From Octopus vulgaris (taxonomy: Eukaryota), in contig OX597830.1 of NCBI GenBank assembly GCA_951406725.2, forward strand, positions 25,420,001 to 25,484,000: a stretch of DNA of 64,000 bases. Reading direction: 5' to 3'. Position numbers and translations under genes: made by a program. Under the pieces are notes generated by a model. That model did not search any database and was not told the origin of the DNA. It worked only from the letters and a program-made list of their open reading frames with translations. Of the stretch, positions 1 to 12,619 are shown piece after piece (positions within the stretch are counted from its first letter, which is position 1; the number at the start of each line of letters is the position of its first letter).

Positions 1-81
1 ACGGGTAGTCATGATGGGTATACTGGGCTTCGTATATTTTACCCCAGTGTCACTTTGGTGGCATGCTCTGCTCGCTCACTC

Positions 82-82
<1 letters not shown>
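1..82 (+). mobile_element. 3' end of (AAT)n-flanked ~560 bp interspersed repeat (family D)
   Basis: Nearly identical to 17442-17523 (acgggtagtcatgatgggtatactgggcttcg...cactcaataat), followed by (AAT)n. Confidence 0.8.
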
Positions 83-174
<92 letters not shown>

Positions 175-231
175 GAAAAGAAGAAGGAGGAGGAGAAGAA
201 GAAGAAGAAGAAGAAGAAGAAGAAGAAGAAG

Positions 232-263
<32 letters not shown>

Positions 264-310
264 GAAGTAGAAGAAATAGTAGAAGAAGAAGATAATGATG
301 ACGATGATGA
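82..310. repeat. Compound microsatellite (AAT)n-(AAG)n-(GAT)n
   Basis: Direct reading; explains the ORFs at 11-476. Confidence 0.98.
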
Positions 311-715
311 TGATTGCAACGACGTCGATGAGGATGACGTTAATTATTGTATTATTACAACAAAAAAGTGTTTTAAACAGTTTTTTAGAACAAAGTACGT
401 GCGTTTGAAGTGTAAAGACATTGGCGAATGCATTTAGGTACATCTGAATCATCAGATCACGGTTGTCCTCGTACATTAAGTCTGTTTCATGTTAGTGGAC
501 AGTGATGGTGGTGGCGGAGGTGGTTGTGGTGGTGGTGGTGGTGGTGGTGGTGGTTGGATGGCTAGAGGACGGTGGACAGTGGACAGTCTTAAAAACATGG
601 CTAATAAGAACATAGACAAAACACTTCTTTATATTAACTCAAAGCCAAAGAAAATCTCTCTCTCTCTCTCTCTTTCTCTATATTATATATATATATATAT
701 ATCTATCACACACAT

Positions 716-772
<57 letters not shown>

Positions 773-868
773 TACATACATGTACGCGTATGTGTGAGTC
801 TATTTGCTTCTATGTATGTATATATATATATATATATATATATCTCGAAAATATGTATATATATATAT

Positions 869-910
<42 letters not shown>

Positions 911-911
<1 letters not shown>

Positions 912-1118
912 GTTTAAATATTTGTTGTGCAAGATTTTTATGTGAAGTCGTGTGTTGAAACAGATATTGTTATATTTCGGAATGGTCATTTTGCCAGTTT
1001 AGCCGAAATAAGATTAAGATTAATGTAAAAAATAAATAACACTGAAGCAAAGTAACACCAAATATATAGTGCGTGTGTTTTTATTGGCTAAACTGGCAAA
1101 ATGACCATTCCGAAATAT

Positions 1119-1126
<8 letters not shown>
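911..1126. mobile_element. Fold-back element in (TA)n, 41-bp perfect inverted repeat
   Basis: atattgttatatttcggaatggtcattttgccagtttagcc (964-1004) is the reverse complement of 1086-1126; the left arm has ~50 nt unpaired extension; related to 34640-34877. Confidence 0.85.
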
Positions 1127-1183
<57 letters not shown>

Positions 1184-1444
1184 GACAGTTGATGAAGAAT
1201 AGCGCCGTTGGTCCCAGATTTCCAGTAGACCAGTCGTTGTTCAGGGTGACAATGGATTGCCTGTGACTCGGTGCAGAACAAACAGCGCAAAATGTCTCCC
1301 TGGAAGTGCACTGTTTTCTCGAATTCCCCGTGACAGTGTTTGCATCCTCCACCAATATACATCAGCGAAGGATACCCCCTATATAAACACACACACACGC
1401 TCGTATACACACACACAATGGACAATTAAACGCATATTCATATA

Positions 1445-1496
<52 letters not shown>

Positions 1497-1529
1497 TATT
1501 TATATATTTGTACATGCATACACAGATAT

Positions 1530-1579
<50 letters not shown>

Positions 1580-1640
1580 CATATATATACATATATATAT
1601 ATATATGAATATTTATATATTTATACATGCATACACAGAT

Positions 1641-1779
<139 letters not shown>

Positions 1780-2081
1780 CGGAGATCTGAGATTGTCTAC
1801 TGGAACGAAAAACAATTGCAGCTTGGAAAGTGTTTATAAGCCATTTAAGAAACACACAAAAACTTTAACATTTAAATTTAATTTGCCAAAATATTTTCGG
1901 CGCTTTGAGACCACGACCTGTTCACTGACAAAATTCTATGCTGCAATTATATATGATATATAATTATAATTGCTTTTCCTTTCGTAAAATTAGAGAACTG
2001 CTTCAAAGTGCTCAGGTTGAACCCGAGACGATAGATAATAAATAGCATGATATACATAAGAAACAACAATTAGACGACCGT

Positions 2082-2373
2082 CATGTATTTATGACATAGA
2101 TTAATACACCAAATACATTAAGACAAAGACAGTATTAAAAGTATTATTTAAGAAGAGATATAATATGTGAAATAAAGAATATATATGAAAAATAATGAAC
2201 AAGAAAGAAAGTCGATATGTGGAGTGATACAGCGATTAAAGAAAATCTTATTAGAATTAAAAATTTAGAATTATAAATTAAAGATTAAAGTTAGAAAATA
2301 TATTGATGGCGGTGAGAAACCTTAATGAGAAATTTAAAGTCATTAAAATAAATTTGTTTTAAGAGTTCTAAAA

Positions 2374-2421
<48 letters not shown>

Positions 2422-2927
2422 ATATATATATATAATATAAACCTTTACATAAATAAATAACGTGAAATACACGAAGGGACGAACATAAGAGACAGACGGG
2501 TTATAACAACAAATAAAATGTATTTCTACGGCCGTTTCCGGAGGTCCATTTGTCCTTTTGCGGTGTAAATTTTATAATTCCGTATAGACAATGTCCCCTT
2601 CATCAGGTAAAAAAAAAAAGAAAAAAAGGTGAGCAAGGCCGAAAGAAGATAAAAAGTAAGGAAATTTAATGTCACATTATGCTGGTCATTAGTTATAGGT
2701 ACAGATATTAACTACCGTTGTTTTTTCTTTAATTCTAAATTTGTAATTATTAAGTTTTAATATGATTTTCTTTAATCGCTATGTCACTCCACATATCGAA
2801 GTTTTTCCTGTTTATTATTTTTCATATATATTCTTTATTTCACATATTATTTCTCTTCTTAAATAATACTATAATACGTTCTTTGTCTTAGTGTATTTGC
2901 TGTATTAATGTATATCATAAATACATG
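2082..2927. repeat. Diverged ~200-bp inverted repeat enclosing (TA)n and an HHR-bearing fragment
   Basis: 2082-2290 (...tcgatatgtggagtgatacagcgattaaagaaaatc) vs 2720-2927 (gattttctttaatcgctatgtcactccacatatcga...). Confidence 0.8.
2523..2610 (-). ncRNA. Hammerhead ribozyme-like motif (PLE type, long stem II)
   Basis: Minus strand: CTGATGA AGGGGACATTGTC...GACAAATGGACCTCCG GAAAC GGCC GTA; palindromic stem III; stem I imperfect. Confidence 0.6.
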
Positions 2928-2980
2928 TATATATATGTATGTATGTATGTATATATATATATACACACACATATATATAT

Positions 2981-3025
<45 letters not shown>

Positions 3026-3046
3026 TACATATATATATACATATAC

Positions 3047-3106
<60 letters not shown>

Positions 3107-3143
3107 CGCACAGTGGCTTCTGTGCCCTTAATTATAATTATAT

Positions 3144-3239
<96 letters not shown>

Positions 3240-4004
3240 CACACACAGGTTTTCAATGGTTTGTGCCAACTAAATTTTTTTTAGAAGATATTGGTCAACC
3301 CGAGGCCATGGCAGGAGAAATTTGGCTGCGATGCCGCACAATACGCTCGTGTTCAGAACCCATTAGTTGTCGAGAGCATTTCTTACGCACATTTGTCCCT
3401 GGATATGTACACAGCACCGGTCTACTGGTACATGCACTAGTGGTACACCGGATAAGAGAGTTGCTACATTTAGAGTAGAAATAAACGTTCGAAGTTCGAA
3501 TCTGTTCACAGGAGATAGACACTTAAATAGTGCAGAAGATCAAGCAGATCGAAAGACATTATATTAGATGTACGAGTAAAGGTTTTATCCTAAAAAATTG
3601 ACGGTTAGATACAGACTCACAGAGAAAGAGAGAGGGATATACAGACAGACAGACAGACAGACACACATACACGCACATACACACACACATACACACATAT
3701 ATATAAAACATAAGATTCAGTTGAGTAAGGTACTTAAAGGTGAGGCACCTTTTAGGTTGGAATAAAATGCTCACACAACAATTATAGACGAATACCAATC
3801 TTGGTACAGAAGTACTGGCAGAATGATATTCGGGTTATGTATGCTCTTAACTGGAACCAACTGAGTATATAATCCGTTCTTGAGCTATTCAGACATGTAC
3901 ATTTTATTAAAGATGGAATCCATAAAATACTTCAGAATATGCGAGAGGGAGGTTCCGAGAGAGATAAATTAAAAATGATATATGTATATATATATATATA
4001 TATA

Positions 4005-4078
<74 letters not shown>

Positions 4079-5114
4079 GAGAGAGAAAGTGAGAGAGAGA
4101 AAGGAGAAAAGGCTGTGTAATGTTTATGTCCTTTGCAAACGTTGATTTTATAAAACATAGCTGAAAAAAATGGCGAAAACCGGAAGTTGCAGACAGGTTG
4201 CAGAATTGGCTATATGACTCAATTTAATCTTTGTTGTTGAGCTTCCAGATCAGATTTGATCAAGCAAACGTAATCAAAGGCATTCCAGTCGTGACTATAT
4301 CGTCTTTATTTTTGGCATAGTGCATCTAGGGCTACATTATTCAGTGTGGTTTTCTATTTTTAAGGCAGCAAGTAGAATGTGATTTCATTGAAATTTTGCT
4401 GCTACTTCAAACGAGTCGTACGTTCACATTGCGCTACCCTTCCTCACGGTATTTGTTTCTCACACAGGTATTACACAAATACTACCGATACGGTCGAAGA
4501 TATAAAACAAAAACTAAACACTGCACTTGCCCAAGGCCCACAGAACTAGGACCAATAGTGCATTGAAGCCAGATAATAATAACGTTGTGTAACAAGATTT
4601 TTTATTTCTTTTTGTCTTTGGTCAGCAAGCGTTATTTCTTATTTGTTTCTATCATGAAATCAAAGTAAATGACTACTATTCCCTTCAGACTTTGCTTTTG
4701 TGACGTGGAGATCAAAGTTTTGGAACTCACCTATTTTCCATAACATTTCAGACAGATTCAGCGCTGGGTTTCTGAAGAAAAAATATCGTTATAGCATATA
4801 TTCTACTCCATACCATAGATTTGTTTGTCAGCTGCTTGACCTTGACCACTTTAGCATATCCCTTTGTGGCTGACAATATGTGCATCTCTGATCATGAGCA
4901 GGAATAGTGGGGGAGCATCATAGCTCCCCCACTATTCATGTGTTGAGAGAGATTCTTTGGGGTTTGAATAAGTGTAAGAAAAGCAAAGTTTGAAGGAAAT
5001 ATTTGCATTTTTCCATACTTTCTGAGAGTAAGCAAATAAGAAATAATAGGCGCTACCCAAAGACAGAAATCGTGTTACACAGTGTAATAGTACGACTAAC
5101 AATTATGATGATTC

Positions 5115-5812
5115 GTTCTAAATTTTGGTATAAGGCTTGAAATTTATTTTGGAGGAGGGGTAAGTCGATTTCACTGATTTCACCGATTTCAGCGCTTGAC
5201 TGGTACTTATTTTATCAACCCCGCAAGGATCAAAGACAGAATGATCAGACGGATATTGAACTCAGAATGTAAAACCGGAAGAAATGCTGCTAAGCATTTT
5301 GTCCGGCGTGATAATGATTTTACCAGCTCGCCGCCTAGTAATTCTTTTTTTCTTTCTACAAAAGGTGCAACTCCTGAAAATTTTGGGAAGGGATTAAATC
5401 GATGACATCAACCCCAGTGCTCAGCTGGTACTTATATTATCGACCCCGAAAGGGATGAAAGGAAAAGTCGACTTCAGTGGAATTTGAACTCAGAACGTAA
5501 AGACGGACGAAATGCTGCTAAGCGTTCTGCCCGGCGTGCTAACGATTTTGCCAGCTCGCCGCTTTTAACTGTTTGAACCCTAAACCTTATTTGATCATAT
5601 ACCTGGCTTACCGATGCACTTCACCGGTAGAGCGGCGCTACGGTATAGAGACAAATAAGCCATCCACCGGTAAGCCGATGTTACTGACTCAAAGGGTTAA
5701 GGATGAAAGGAAAACTCGACCCCAGAGGATTTTGAACTTACAATGTAAGGCCGAAAGAAATACTGCTAAGCATTTTGTCCGGCGTGTTGAAGAATCTGCT
5801 TGATCTACGCCC
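5115..5812 (-). mobile_element. Three tandem copies of tRNA-derived SINE family A
   Basis: Reverse complement of ggcggcgagctggcagaatcgttagcac...gagttcaaattcc...ctttcatcctttcggggtcgataaaataagtaccag; A/B boxes; central block resembles the Meta/MESC SINE domain. Confidence 0.85.
5578..5700. mobile_element. Possible piggyBac-like MITE
   Basis: Ends (tgaa)ccct...agggttaa; internal inverted repeat ggcttaccg/cggtaagcc; lies between two SINE copies. Confidence 0.35.
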
Positions 5813-5864
5813 CTCACCGTCTAATAATCTCAATGATAATAATGATAAAAAAAAAAATTTGACT

Positions 5865-6600
5865 TGTTTTAAAAATGGCGCAAAATCTTCATGTCGCTTC
5901 TATTGTTTTGGACTAAAAATGTAATAGTAAAGTCGTTACTAATATCCACCCATCTATACAGTTGATGTCACCATGGTGTCTCCCGACCACCCCGGGTAAT
6001 CTACTTTAACTTATTCACTACTAGACATTTCTGCCGTTGGGCAAAGTCACTGTTTGATCTCATTACCATCAACTCAAACGCCGCCGCCGCCACACCTACC
6101 ACCTCCATCACCACCACCTCTTAATTACCTCCAACTTACCTTTGTTCCCTTTTTTTTTCTAATTTTATTCAACAAATTACTCGCCCCCGTCTCCAGCCAA
6201 CACCTTCCTACATTCCAGTACCCTTACCTGTGAAAGCTCCTGTGAAAGGTTTTAGCCATTCTCTTCGTTACTGTTATTCTCTTACTCTTTCACATGATGA
6301 GGTGTCAGATTATGTGTGTGTGCGTGTGTGTGTGTGTGTGTGTGTTTGTATATGTATGCGCGTGTATGTGTGAGATCTCGTGAGAGGGAACCGTTGTGGC
6401 CTCAGGTATCTGCCTCCTTATCAGTGCGCGCGTGCGCGCGTATTATATACGTGTGTGCGTGCGTACGCCTACATATGTAAGCAGTCGTGAGAGGTGTCAT
6501 GTGACCTCATGTGGTATGAAGTAACACATCAAATAGCTATCTTTCATCGTCCACATTACTATATCTCTTTTAGAAAAATATGCGCATTTCAAAAGAAATG
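5865..6600 (+). repeat. Left arm of ~740-bp diverged inverted repeat
   Basis: e.g. ccaccccgggtaatctactttaac, actagacatttctgccg, cactgtttgatctcattaccatc, atcgtccacattactatatctc, all found in reverse complement in 10965-11715. Confidence 0.9.
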
Positions 6601-6613
6601 TGTACACACACAA

Positions 6614-6644
<31 letters not shown>

Positions 6645-6720
6645 TACATATGTATATCTACATACATATATATATATGTATATATATATATGATTATATA
6701 TATATGTATATATATATGAT

Positions 6721-6779
<59 letters not shown>

Positions 6780-6800
6780 ATATGTATATATATATATGTA

Positions 6801-6843
<43 letters not shown>

Positions 6844-6850
6844 GTATATA

Positions 6851-6899
<49 letters not shown>

Positions 6900-7431
6900 C
6901 AAATAGTGAAGGATTATCTATCCGGGCAAAATACTCCATAAGCTCTGTTGGCACACCGGGCTAACAATATTATTTAGATTAGAGAGGAACCGCTGGTAAT
7001 CTTGTGGAAGGATTCAAGGTCATGTTTCACCACAATTCCATATTGTAAATCCGTGGATTGGGCTCCAGACAAAATGGTTTTTACATAGAGTGATATATAA
7101 GAAACAAATTGAAAATAATAGTCATATTTTTCCTTTATAGGAGCAAATTAAACTTTTAAACTTGTTTTTGATATGTGTATATATATATATATTTAAAAAA
7201 AAAAATATTTATGTAATTAGATATAGACTATTACCGATATTAGATTATTGGTGGGTTTCTTACCTTATACATTAAAATTAATATTTAATATTATAATCGA
7301 TTTTTATATAATCATAATTGTTAAGTTTAAAGTTTCTAGTTTGATAATAGAGTTTATTATAAGTAAAATTATTATATTATTTATCTTTAAAATATTGTTT
7401 AAATATTTCTGATTATTTTAAAAATATTTCA

Positions 7432-7530
7432 ATTAACCTGAAGATTGACTGTAACCATAACTCGAATTATTAATTGAATTTAAATTATTGTTATTCGAAT
7501 TGGTACAGCCATGAAACGATCGTAGTGTTT
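7432..7530 (+). ncRNA. Hammerhead ribozyme motif (PLE type)
   Basis: CTGAAGA (7438) T TGACTGTAACCA...TGGTACAGCCA T GAAAC GATC GTA; long stem II, palindromic stem III ACGATCGT, GUA site; stem I weak. Confidence 0.7.
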
Positions 7531-7627
7531 TACTTTTTATCTTTTATTAAACTTTTAATACTTTTGATATTTATATTAAAAAATACAAAAAAAATTAACA
7601 AATAAAATAATATATAAATATAAAAAT

Positions 7628-7707
<80 letters not shown>

Positions 7708-7853
7708 ATATATATATTTAAAATTTATAAGTTTAAATTATTTAAATAATTTTTAAATTTTTAACTTTTATATTTTAAAATTAATTTTATGTATTGGCTT
7801 ATGTTTTTCACTGTTTGATTTGACTAATAGTGGTTTTATCTCTAATTTAATAT

Positions 7854-7884
<31 letters not shown>

Positions 7885-7965
7885 TACTTCGGCAGTCCAT
7901 AAACTAAAACTGGAACGATACAGAGGAGATTAGCATGGCCCCTTGCGCAAGGGTGACACGCAAAT
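7885..7965 (+). pseudogene. U6 snRNA pseudogene, 3'-truncated and abutting a SINE
   Basis: cttcggcag...aaactggaacgatacagaggagattagcatggccccttgcgcaagggtgacacgcaaat matches U6 to about nt 85; only (TA)n upstream, no recognisable promoter. Confidence 0.93.
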
Positions 7966-8435
7966 AGGTGTGGCTGTGTGGTAAGAAGCTTGCTTCCCAG
8001 CCACGTGGTTCGGGTTTCAGTCTCACTGCATGGTACCTTCGGCAAGTGTCTTCTACTATAGACTCGGGCCGACCAAAGCCTTGTGAGTGGATTTGGTAGA
8101 CGGAAACTTAAATACGGAGCGCTTCACAATTTTGCGTGAGATCCTTGCGCAGGGGCCATGCTAATCTTCTGTGTATCGTTCCAATTTTAATATATGTATT
8201 GCCGAAGTAGTATATATATTTGTGTGTTTGTGTCTATGTTTGCCTCACCCCCCCCACTATCGATTGACAGCCGATTTAAGTGTGTTTACGTCCCCGTAAC
8301 TAAACGGTTTGGCCAAAGGGATGGATAGAATAAGTACCAGGCTTACAAAGAATAAGTCCTGGGATCGATATTTTTCGACTAAAAAGGTGGTGCTCCTGCA
8401 TGGCCACAGTCAAGATGACTGAAACAAGTAAAAGA
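7966..8435 (+). mobile_element. tRNA-derived SINE family B, interrupted by U6 copy
   Basis: gtggctgtgtggtaag...ccttcggcaagtgtctt (CORE-like)...gatttggtagacggaaact...gactgaaacaagtaaaaga. Confidence 0.9.
8110..8210 (-). pseudogene. U6 snRNA pseudogene, near full length
   Basis: Minus: ctacttcggcaatacatatattaaaattggaacgatacacagaagattagcatggcccctgcgcaaggatctcacgcaaaattgtgaagcgctccgtattt; ACAGAG box mutated to ACACAG. Confidence 0.95.
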
Positions 8436-8478
8436 ACACACACACTCACACACACACGCACATGCACACACACACACG

Positions 8479-8565
<87 letters not shown>

Positions 8566-8583
8566 ACAAATCGCTAGCCACTA

Positions 8584-8760
8584 CACATTCTTTATTTTCT
8601 CTCTTTGTTTCTTTCTGTGTTCCTTTCTGTGGAAGAGCGTAGGCTCGAAACGTAACGTTAAAGACTTTTTCGCTTCCCGAATGTTATACTAATACATCTG
8701 GTTGTTATCTACATCACCTGTTTTCGTCTTTTGTTTTTTTTTTGTGTGATTTCTCCCTAT
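8584..8760 (+). mobile_element. PLE-like tail with variant minimal hammerhead
   Basis: cttt CTGTGGA A GAGC GTAG GCTC GAAAC GT...aaag; same family as 9574-9799, 10297-10548 and 41462-41620. Confidence 0.75.
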
Positions 8761-9224
8761 ATATATATATACACAATGAAATGTAAATATAAGATCCAAG
8801 GATCCCGGTGAAAGAAATTAGTAAGCTTCGAGCAGTCCAAATGAGGTATAAAAAACAACTTGCAGGAACAATTATGGTTTATTGGCGTAGAAGGTTGTAA
8901 ATGTTTCACATATCGAAGTTCGATAAGCTGAAAAAAGTTATCTTATAGTTCACAGTTAGAAGCCAGGGTTACTATGTATGTGAATAAAAATCCACATTTA
9001 GAGAAGGAGCAGGTAAATTCTAGGCTACTTACGTAGCCTGGGTTTTACCAGCTCCATTCCTTAAATTCGGATTTTTATTCATATATTTATAGTGTATGGT
9101 GAACAGAAATTAAATAGTGAGAAAAAAGGTCACCAGAATTTTGGAAAATTTTTTTTATTTCTACATTATTATTTGCACTTTCGTTCGTTTCTCGGCCTTT
9201 TTTCTCAGTATATGTATATGTTTG

Positions 9225-9512
9225 TTCCTTCTCGGGCCACGCTTGGCTCATAAGGGCCGGTTTCCCGGTTTCCTTGGCGTATAGGTTCCCCACCTGGACG
9301 GGACGCCGGTCCGTCGCAGGTGAGCTGCAAGAGGAAAGAGTATGAGAAAGTTGTCACGAAAGAGTCAGCAGAAGTTCGCCATTACCTTCTGCCGGAGCCG
9401 CGTGGAGCTTCGGTGTTTCGCTCATAAACACACACATCACCCGGTCTGAGATTCGAACCCGTAATCCCTCGACAGCGAGTCCGGTGCTCTAACCACTAGG
9501 CCATGTGCCTCT
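9225..9512 (-). mobile_element. tRNA-derived SINE family C variant
   Basis: Minus: ggcacatggcctagtggttagagcaccggactcgc...gggttcgaatctc; head related to 33711 and 51704. Confidence 0.85.
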
Positions 9513-9573
9513 ACATACATACATATATACATACATACATGTATATGTATAATATATATATGTATATATATAT

Positions 9574-9800
9574 ACGAAAATAAACAAAAGACGAAGGCAG
9601 GTGGAGTACAAACAAACAAATGTATTAGTATGGCGCTCAGGCATAGAAATAGAACAAGTCTTTTACGTTTCGATCCTACGCTCTTCGACAGAAAGATACA
9701 CAGAAAAAAAACAAGGAGAGAAAAAAAATGCGTGTAGGAGCTAACGATCTATCATGACATTCTGACGTCGGGCAGAGGTCAGAAGTCAGACGCTAGAGGG

Positions 9801-9831
<31 letters not shown>

Positions 9832-9873
9832 TATACATATATACATATACATATATATATGTATATATGTATA

Positions 9874-9948
<75 letters not shown>

Positions 9949-10268
9949 ATTCTCTAAATGAGATATATACAGTAACTGCTCCATAACATAAGGGACTAAA
10001 GTCATCTGAATATGGCTAGGGACAGGGCAGGGTGGTGGGGGTGTTACTGTTGCATTTAGCCCCAGGCGAACATCAACGTCGCTAGGTAGGCTTGACACCA
10101 TCACGGTGTCCTTTAATCTGCAAAGGGAGATAATTCCCCGATGATCTCCCGTGATGGTGTCAAGCCTATCTAGCGACGTTGATGTTCGCCTGGGGCTAAA
10201 TGCAACAGTAACACCCCACCACCCTGCCCTGTCCCTAGCCATATTCAGATGGCTTTAGTCCCTTATGT

Positions 10269-10299
<31 letters not shown>

Positions 10300-10548
10300 C
10301 TAGCGTCTGACTTCTGACCTCTGCCCGACGTCAGAATGTCATGATAGATCGTTAGCTCCTACACGCATTTTTTTTCTCTCCTTGTTTCTCTCCTTGTTTT
10401 TTTTCTGTGTATCTTTCTGTCGAAGAGCGTAGGATCGAAACGTAAAAGACTTGTTCTATTTCTATGCCTGAGCGCCATACTAATACATTTGTTTGTTTGT
10501 ACTTCACCTGCCTTCGTCTTATGTTTATTTTCGTAAACCTTCCCGTTA
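9574..10548. mobile_element. Large near-perfect fold-back element (arms 9574-9799 and 10297-10533) with HHR-like motif in each arm
   Basis: ~225-bp arms are near-identical reverse complements; motifs at 9659-9696 (-) and 10412-10449 (+); right arm has a short unpaired 3' extension ending in (TA)n. Confidence 0.93.
9982..10272. mobile_element. Second fold-back element nested in the (TA)n loop of the first
   Basis: 9982-10106 vs 10149-10272, ~125-bp near-perfect inverted repeat with ~42-nt loop. Confidence 0.92.
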
Positions 10549-10807
10549 TATATATATATATATATGTGTGTTAAAAGGGATAAATTATCATGGCGGATAC
10601 CATGTCTCACGAACTGTTATAGATGCCGGCTATCCACAATGGTTCAATTACATAGTACTCGAGCTTAAAAGAGAAGCTGGTACTGGTAAGCTTCACTCGG
10701 TGGGTAGTTCCGTGTTCCTATTCAGAACTGCAAATATTCCGTAGAATATGTAATTGATAACGAAGAAGAGTGGGGATTTATTCACATCCAAAACACTACT
10801 CTTCCTT

Positions 10808-10863
<56 letters not shown>

Positions 10864-10964
10864 CGTGTGTGTGTGTGTATCATGCATATAATATGTGTTT
10901 GTACATAACTACATAAACACACAAACAACAAACGCATACACAAGACACCAGTAAATACGCCCAT

Positions 10965-11715
10965 ATTTCCTGTCATACGCGCACATTTTCCTAACGGAGA
11001 TATAGTGATGTGGACGATAAAAAATAGCAGGCTGATGTGTTACTTCATACTACATGAAATCACCTGATACCCTCTCAAGAGTGCTTACTGATGTAGGTGT
11101 ACGCACGCGAGCACACACACATGATACATACTCTCATACACACACACACACACACACACTCACACATTGATAAAGAGGCAGATACCTGGGGCCACAAATG
11201 TTCCCTCTCACGCGATCTCACACATACACGTACCCACACACATACACACACGCATACATACATGCACTCACACGCATAATCTGACATCTCATCATGTGAA
11301 AGAGAGGAGGTATGGCAGTGACTAAGAGAAGGACGAAAATCTTTCTCAGGAGTTGCTAAGGGTGCTGGAATGTAGGAAAGTGTTGGTTGGAGATGGGGGT
11401 AGTTGAATAAAATGAAAAAAAAAACCAAAAGAAAAACAAAAGTACAAAGGAAGAAAGGTAAGTTGGAGGTAGGGGTGATTTAAGTGTTGGTGGTGGAGGA
11501 GTTGGTGTAGATGGTAATGAGATCAAACAGTGACCTTGCCCAGCGGCAGAAATGTCTAGTAGTTAATTAGTTAAAGTAGATTACCCGGGGTGGCCGGGAG
11601 ACACCGTGGTGACCTCAACTGTACTGATGGTTGTTGGTTGCTTGTAAAGATCTTATACATTTTCAGCCCGAAACAAAAGAAACGAACTGAAGATTTGGCG
11701 CCGATTTTAAACAAG
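10965..11715 (-). repeat. Right arm of ~740-bp diverged inverted repeat
   Basis: Reverse complement of 5865-6600, colinear across its length including the internal (GT)n. Confidence 0.9.
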
Positions 11716-11729
11716 CTTTTTTCCCACAA

Positions 11730-11935
11730 AGGTGGCGACCTGGCAGAATCGCTAGCACGTCAGGAAAAATGCTTTGCGGAATTTCCTCTGACTTTACGTT
11801 CTGGGTTCAAATGCCGAAAGTGTTGACTTTGCCTTTCATCCTTTCGTGGCCGATAAAATAAGTACCAGTTGAATACTGGGGTCGATGTAATCGACCTAGC
11901 CCCCTCCCCCGAAATTGCTGGGCTTGTGTCAAATT
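11730..11935 (+). mobile_element. SINE family A
   Basis: ggtggcgacctggcagaatcgctagcac...cctttcatcctttcgtggccgataaaataagtaccag. Confidence 0.88.
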
Positions 11936-11967
11936 TATTATTATTATTATTATTATTGTTGTTATTA

Positions 11968-12524
11968 TTGAGTGAGAGAGCAGTGCATGCCACCAAAGTG
12001 ACACTGGGGTAAAATATACGAAGCCCAATATATCCATCATGACTACCCGTCTAATAAGGGTACACTAGGCACATGCATCACAACCATATGTGCGCGACAT
12101 GGTGATCTCATATCAAGATAAACAGCTCATGACCTTGCAGGTGGGTCCCAGTTACAATTTTCTTCTGATCGAGTAACCCATATCACTCAAAAGGTCCCTG
12201 AATAAGGGTTGTTTAAGGATTTTGAACGAAAAACCCATGTTTCCAGAGGTGAATTATTCAAACCCCAAAGAATCCCTCTCAACACATAGCTATGATGCTC
12301 CCCCACTACTTCTGCTCGTGATCAGAGATGCACATATCGTCAGCCACTAAGGGAGATGCACAACTGGCTAAGGTCAAACAACTGGCAAGCAAATCTGTGG
12401 TATTGAGCAGAAATTTTTGCTGTAGCTCATCTTTTATACCAAGACAAAACAATGTACTTGATAACACTTCCAATCAGTTAAGATCAGAAGCCATGAGAGC
12501 CACTGTCTGGTACTGCATCAGGGC

Positions 12525-12529
<5 letters not shown>
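11968..12529 (-). mobile_element. Full copy of (AAT)n-flanked family D
   Basis: Reverse complement of 16965-17523; (TTA)n on both sides. Confidence 0.88.
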
Positions 12530-12605
<76 letters not shown>

Positions 12606-12619
12606 CATCACAGGTTATG

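Noticed and set aside
7885-8210. Functional U6 genes
   Set aside because: Truncated 5' ends, substitutions in or next to the ACAGAGA box, only (TA)n upstream.
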